From the sequence record MN850590.1: a stretch of DNA of 64,000 nucleotides; one strand, written 5' to 3'. The notes under the pieces were generated by a model. That model was not told the DNA's origin and did not search any database. It saw nothing but the letters and a program-made list of their open reading frames with translations. This document shows, in pieces, positions 60,497 to 64,000 of this stretch. The DNA comes from Escherichia phage moha. Each line of letters opens with the position of its first letter. Position 1 is the stretch's first letter. The position numbers were made by a program, and so were the translations under genes.

Positions 60497-61605
60497 TAGA
60501 AAGTCCCCGCATAAAGTGAAGAACGGTTTAATGTAATAATTTCTCGCATTGTTATCTCTAACGTAAATGTTGATGGTAAGTTAGGAGCAACAGCAAGACC
60601 ATTAAATTGTCCATTTGGAGTTTTATCAAAACGTACGCTTTGAATTTGGCATGGACCAAATACGTCAGTTAATCCATCAAATTTAGACGTATAACCAAAG
60701 TTTTTAACCATCCAAATTGTAGGGTTGCTTACAACTAATACATTTGTTAATGACGCAGTAATCTTTTCAAACAATGTCTTATTTTTTACTGCATCATCCG
60801 GCGTCATAGGCTCAATAAACGTTGAACGGTACCATTCGTCTAAATAACTTTTAATCTCTTGGGCGTACTGTGATTTACCGGTCTCACCATATGAGAAATA
60901 GTTAAAATACTGGTAAATGTTTATAATAGCCATAAGGTCTTCAGTTGAACGTGGAGTTAAATCCCATGTAAAGACTTTAGTACGGTTCTCAGCACCACCA
61001 TACATACTACGAGAAGTCGTATAAATCTGTTCGTTATTATCAGCCATAAGCCCTTGAGTAATAGAATCTAATGCACCAAAAACTGCAGTAGAAGCAATGT
61101 TACTTAAAACACCCGTAGCAGTACCTCCACCTTTAGTAATAAGGCTATCACCGATATCATTAAAACGATGTGAAGTTGTATCAACATCAGATTTGGAACG
61201 TGGCAAAAGTATATTAGCAACAGGAGTTTTGTTTATAGTAGACTTATTAGCTCCGGCAGGAAGCAAGCCATTTGAGAATTTAGTCACTGCATCTTTCACG
61301 TTATCAGTTAAATCTGATATGATACCATTAGATGAAGTCCCGGCATACGCCGGACGTAAATTCCTGAGGGATCCTGAATCGCGTGCAGACATATTGTACG
61401 CGGTAAATAATAATCCATTCTTATAAAGGTCTGTTACCTGGAAGTCTCCTGTGGAGTCATTTCCGGCTGCTCTTCCTGTAGGAAATTGAGCAACATAAGT
61501 TTTAGTAGTTGTTTCGGTTTTAGTGCTTTGCCCAGCACTTTCTGAGACTGGGATTGCTTTATTTAAATCCTTTGCATCTACTACTATTTCTTTTACACTA
61601 ATCAT
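60496..61605 (-). CDS. 48: gp48 baseplate tail-tube cap
   Basis: 369 aa (T4 364); position. Confidence 0.8.
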   Translation of the reverse strand: MISVKEIVVDAKDLNKAIPVSESAGQSTKTETTTKTYVAQFPTGRAAGNDSTGDFQVTDLYKNGLLFTAYNMSARDSGSLRNLRPAYAGTSSNGIISDLTDNVKDAVTKFSNGLLPAGANKSTINKTPVANILLPRSKSDVDTTSHRFNDIGDSLITKGGGTATGVLSNIASTAVFGALDSITQGLMADNNEQIYTTSRSMYGGAENRTKVFTWDLTPRSTEDLMAIINIYQYFNYFSYGETGKSQYAQEIKSYLDEWYRSTFIEPMTPDDAVKNKTLFEKITASLTNVLVVSNPTIWMVKNFGYTSKFDGLTDVFGPCQIQSVRFDKTPNGQFNGLAVAPNLPSTFTLEITMREIITLNRSSLYAGTF

Positions 61606-61613
61606 AATAATCC

Positions 61614-63386
61614 TTAATTAACACCGGTGGCATGGAAAATTCCAGGAGCCGTTGTACTTGTTACAGGGGTCATATTCTGGACTACGGTATTCTTTTTGAC
61701 GACATTATTTGTGTTACTAATCGCCGTTACCGGTTGTTGTTGTTTAGACTCAGAAGCACGTCCTTTCTCTATTGACTGAACTTGTTTTGCTTCCGGAGAT
61801 TTAGACGAAGATTCAGGCTTAACTGTTGTCTGAGCTTTTTTGGCTTCAGCCATTTTATTATTTAGCTTTTCAAATCTAGCATCTAATTCCTTTTTAATAA
61901 CAGGAGTTTTATTAAGTTCAGGGTCTTTAATAAGTTTACTTAAATCAGCATAAGACTTCTCGACGTTTTTAGCATTTTCCGGATTAGTCATATCGATTTT
62001 ATCGATATAATCCTCAAATCTAACTAGTGCCGCACGAGTTTCATTAGCTTTTATATACGCCTCTTTACGCTCCTCTTCAGGTAACTCTTTTAATTTTGCT
62101 GATTCCGCAGCACGCTCATCGCTTGTACTAAACTCTTCTTTATTGTCATTACCACGAACCCAGTTAGTAACGAATGTTTTGCCGCGTTGTAACATATCAA
62201 GACCTTTAGAAACGGTTCCTAATTCCCCATCGTCACGTTTCATTTGATATTTAGCGACTTTCTCTTGGTCTTCTTTCTTTAATTTGTTCCCAGTAGTTTC
62301 TTGGAATCCTTCTAAAGCACGTCCTTCTATTTCGTCCGCGGTATCGCCAAAACCTATAGCACGCAATATAGACGCAGAGAGTTTAGCCATTCCTAATTGA
62401 ATTAGTTCACCTAAGTTCATTAATGCTGTTCCTACACCTTTGACAATAGCAACGGTTAAACCACCCCAGTCTCCAGCTTCCCACAATTGTTTTATCGAGT
62501 CAATAGAAGTGAATATATCACTTAAGAATTTGCCCCACTCTTTAGCTTCATCGGAGAATTTAGTAAAGTTTTCATCAAATAAATCCCAGGCAGAAGTGAA
62601 CTTGTCTGTCCAATATTTGAAATGGACTATCAATAAATCAATACCGATAACAATACCAAGAATAAGTGCGGCCATTTTTGCTGCTTCAATAGCAGCCGTT
62701 ATAGTGTATTTGAAAAGCATTCCAGCAATTCTGTCTGAAATTGATATTGATTTATTAAACCCGGTTTGAACTGTTTTGGTGAGCATTGCAATTTTATCGC
62801 TCAATTTAAAGCTAATTCCGCCTTTAGAATCGGAAGTAGAATTAGCACTTTCTTGAACCGGTGCTGGGAAGAAATCTTCGTCTGGTTTATTATCAATCTT
62901 TTCAGGTGTAGGGAATGCTTTAAACAACTCATCAGAAGTTTCATTCTCAACCACTTTAACAGGTATTGCGTTCTCAATTACTTCAAGAGAGGTGCCTCCT
63001 GTATTTTGAATAGCGGTAGATGTTTGTAATTTTTGCTCTAATAATGTAGCTAATCGGTCTAACTTAGAGCTTATTGCACTAGAAACTTCGTTTATACTTT
63101 TAGTGACTTCAGTTTGTTTTTCAATAACTTCTGCGATAAGCTCTGTGCCTTCAGCAGTATTATCTGACGAATTCTTTAAGTCTCCAATTGATTCAATAAT
63201 TCCATTGCCTTTATCTTCTACACTTTGTGATGTGAGTTCAGACGCGGCTTGGACATCGTCTAGTTTTGATGAAATGTCATTCAATGCTTCTAATGAATCG
63301 GTAGCTGCTGTTGCAGCTACTTTTTGTGGTTTATTATCGGCAATGACCTTATTTCTACGCATGGATTTCATTTCTTCAGGTTTCAT
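61614..63386 (-). CDS. 29: gp29 baseplate hub / tail length tape-measure
   Basis: 590 aa, same as T4 gp29; coiled-coil rich. Confidence 0.8.
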   Translation of the reverse strand: MKPEEMKSMRRNKVIADNKPQKVAATAATDSLEALNDISSKLDDVQAASELTSQSVEDKGNGIIESIGDLKNSSDNTAEGTELIAEVIEKQTEVTKSINEVSSAISSKLDRLATLLEQKLQTSTAIQNTGGTSLEVIENAIPVKVVENETSDELFKAFPTPEKIDNKPDEDFFPAPVQESANSTSDSKGGISFKLSDKIAMLTKTVQTGFNKSISISDRIAGMLFKYTITAAIEAAKMAALILGIVIGIDLLIVHFKYWTDKFTSAWDLFDENFTKFSDEAKEWGKFLSDIFTSIDSIKQLWEAGDWGGLTVAIVKGVGTALMNLGELIQLGMAKLSASILRAIGFGDTADEIEGRALEGFQETTGNKLKKEDQEKVAKYQMKRDDGELGTVSKGLDMLQRGKTFVTNWVRGNDNKEEFSTSDERAAESAKLKELPEEERKEAYIKANETRAALVRFEDYIDKIDMTNPENAKNVEKSYADLSKLIKDPELNKTPVIKKELDARFEKLNNKMAEAKKAQTTVKPESSSKSPEAKQVQSIEKGRASESKQQQPVTAISNTNNVVKKNTVVQNMTPVTSTTAPGIFHATGVN

Positions 63387-63916
63387 TCAAGCAATCCAAT
63401 AATTTCTGCTATACCCTTAATAGGACCATTAGGGCCTGGAATAGCAATAGTTGTCGAAAGGTCTTCTGCCCATTTGATTACAAAAGCAGGCATCTCAAGG
63501 AAAGAAATTTCTTTCTCTTCGTCATTAACTTTTATTAAGCAATTTGATAGCATTTCACTGATTGTAGCGAATTGTTCAAATTTGCCTGGGGGTCTAAAAT
63601 AAAAAGTATTACCTTGAAATTGGAATTCTGTTCGTTGGCATACATAGACGTCATCTAGTTTATAAGTGAATCCATCTTTTTCAACTTCAGACTTAAGTTT
63701 GTTATTAAATTCCAATATGTGTAGACATGCAAAATCAAAATCTGCGGGACTCATATTTTTACAAATAGAATCAGCTAAGATTTTCATGTTTTCATCAGGG
63801 CCTTTAACGTCCTTTAAAAGATTATAATGTTTGAGCCCTAATTTGGGAATCATTACCTTTTTATTAGACTGTGGTAGAATTATTTTCTTTAGAGGTAGAA
63901 TCAGATTTAAGTTCAT
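63383..63916 (-). CDS. 28: gp28 baseplate hub distal subunit
   Basis: 177 aa, same as T4 gp28; ATGA overlap with gene 29. Confidence 0.75.
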   Translation of the reverse strand: MNLNLILPLKKIILPQSNKKVMIPKLGLKHYNLLKDVKGPDENMKILADSICKNMSPADFDFACLHILEFNNKLKSEVEKDGFTYKLDDVYVCQRTEFQFQGNTFYFRPPGKFEQFATISEMLSNCLIKVNDEEKEISFLEMPAFVIKWAEDLSTTIAIPGPNGPIKGIAEIIGLLE

Positions 63917-64000
63917 TTTTAACCTTAACTGGGTTAACAGGTTCTAACACCATTGAGTTGGTAAACATGTACAGATGAGTTTGTGAGTTGTTATTTGATA

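Noticed and set aside
63917-64000. Partial upstream baseplate gene (gp27-like C-terminus) on the minus strand at the window edge
   Set aside because: Only about 19 codons are available and the frame is ambiguous, so it is not called as a feature.

Overview
This 64 kb window is a contiguous segment of a T4-like (T-even type) myovirus genome, read as the reverse complement of the conventional T4 map. All calls rest on protein motifs, ORF length, gene order and remembered T4 biology; no database search was run. Plus strand early/middle genes run 56, soc, modB, modA, srd, dda, dexA, a variable block, topoisomerase 39, a glycosyltransferase, rIIA.1, rIIA, rIIB, ndd, 52, motA and asiA. A minus-strand late block follows (holin t, then tail fibre genes 38, 37, 36, 35, 34). 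The plus strand resumes with rnh, dsbA, 33, 59, 32, frd, td, nrdA, nrdB, denA, rnlA, alc, spanins, pseT, cd, 31, rIII, a 30.x block, ligase 30 and alt, then minus-strand baseplate genes 54, 48, 29, 28. The phage is not T4 itself: topoisomerase 39 is one continuous 605 aa ORF with no separate gene 60, td and nrdB are uninterrupted, and gp37 is 1163 aa. Regulatory architecture is dense and T4-like: about 24 early promoters, MotA-box middle promoters, TATAAATA late promoters and UUCG-tetraloop terminators. The best candidates for something new are a GT-B glycosyltransferase between gene 39 and rIIA.1, three tandem diverged paralogs downstream of dexA, and an overlapping NADAR/YbiA-like plus HAD-phosphatase gene pair upstream of ligase. 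No tRNA, rRNA, CRISPR array or mobile element was identified.
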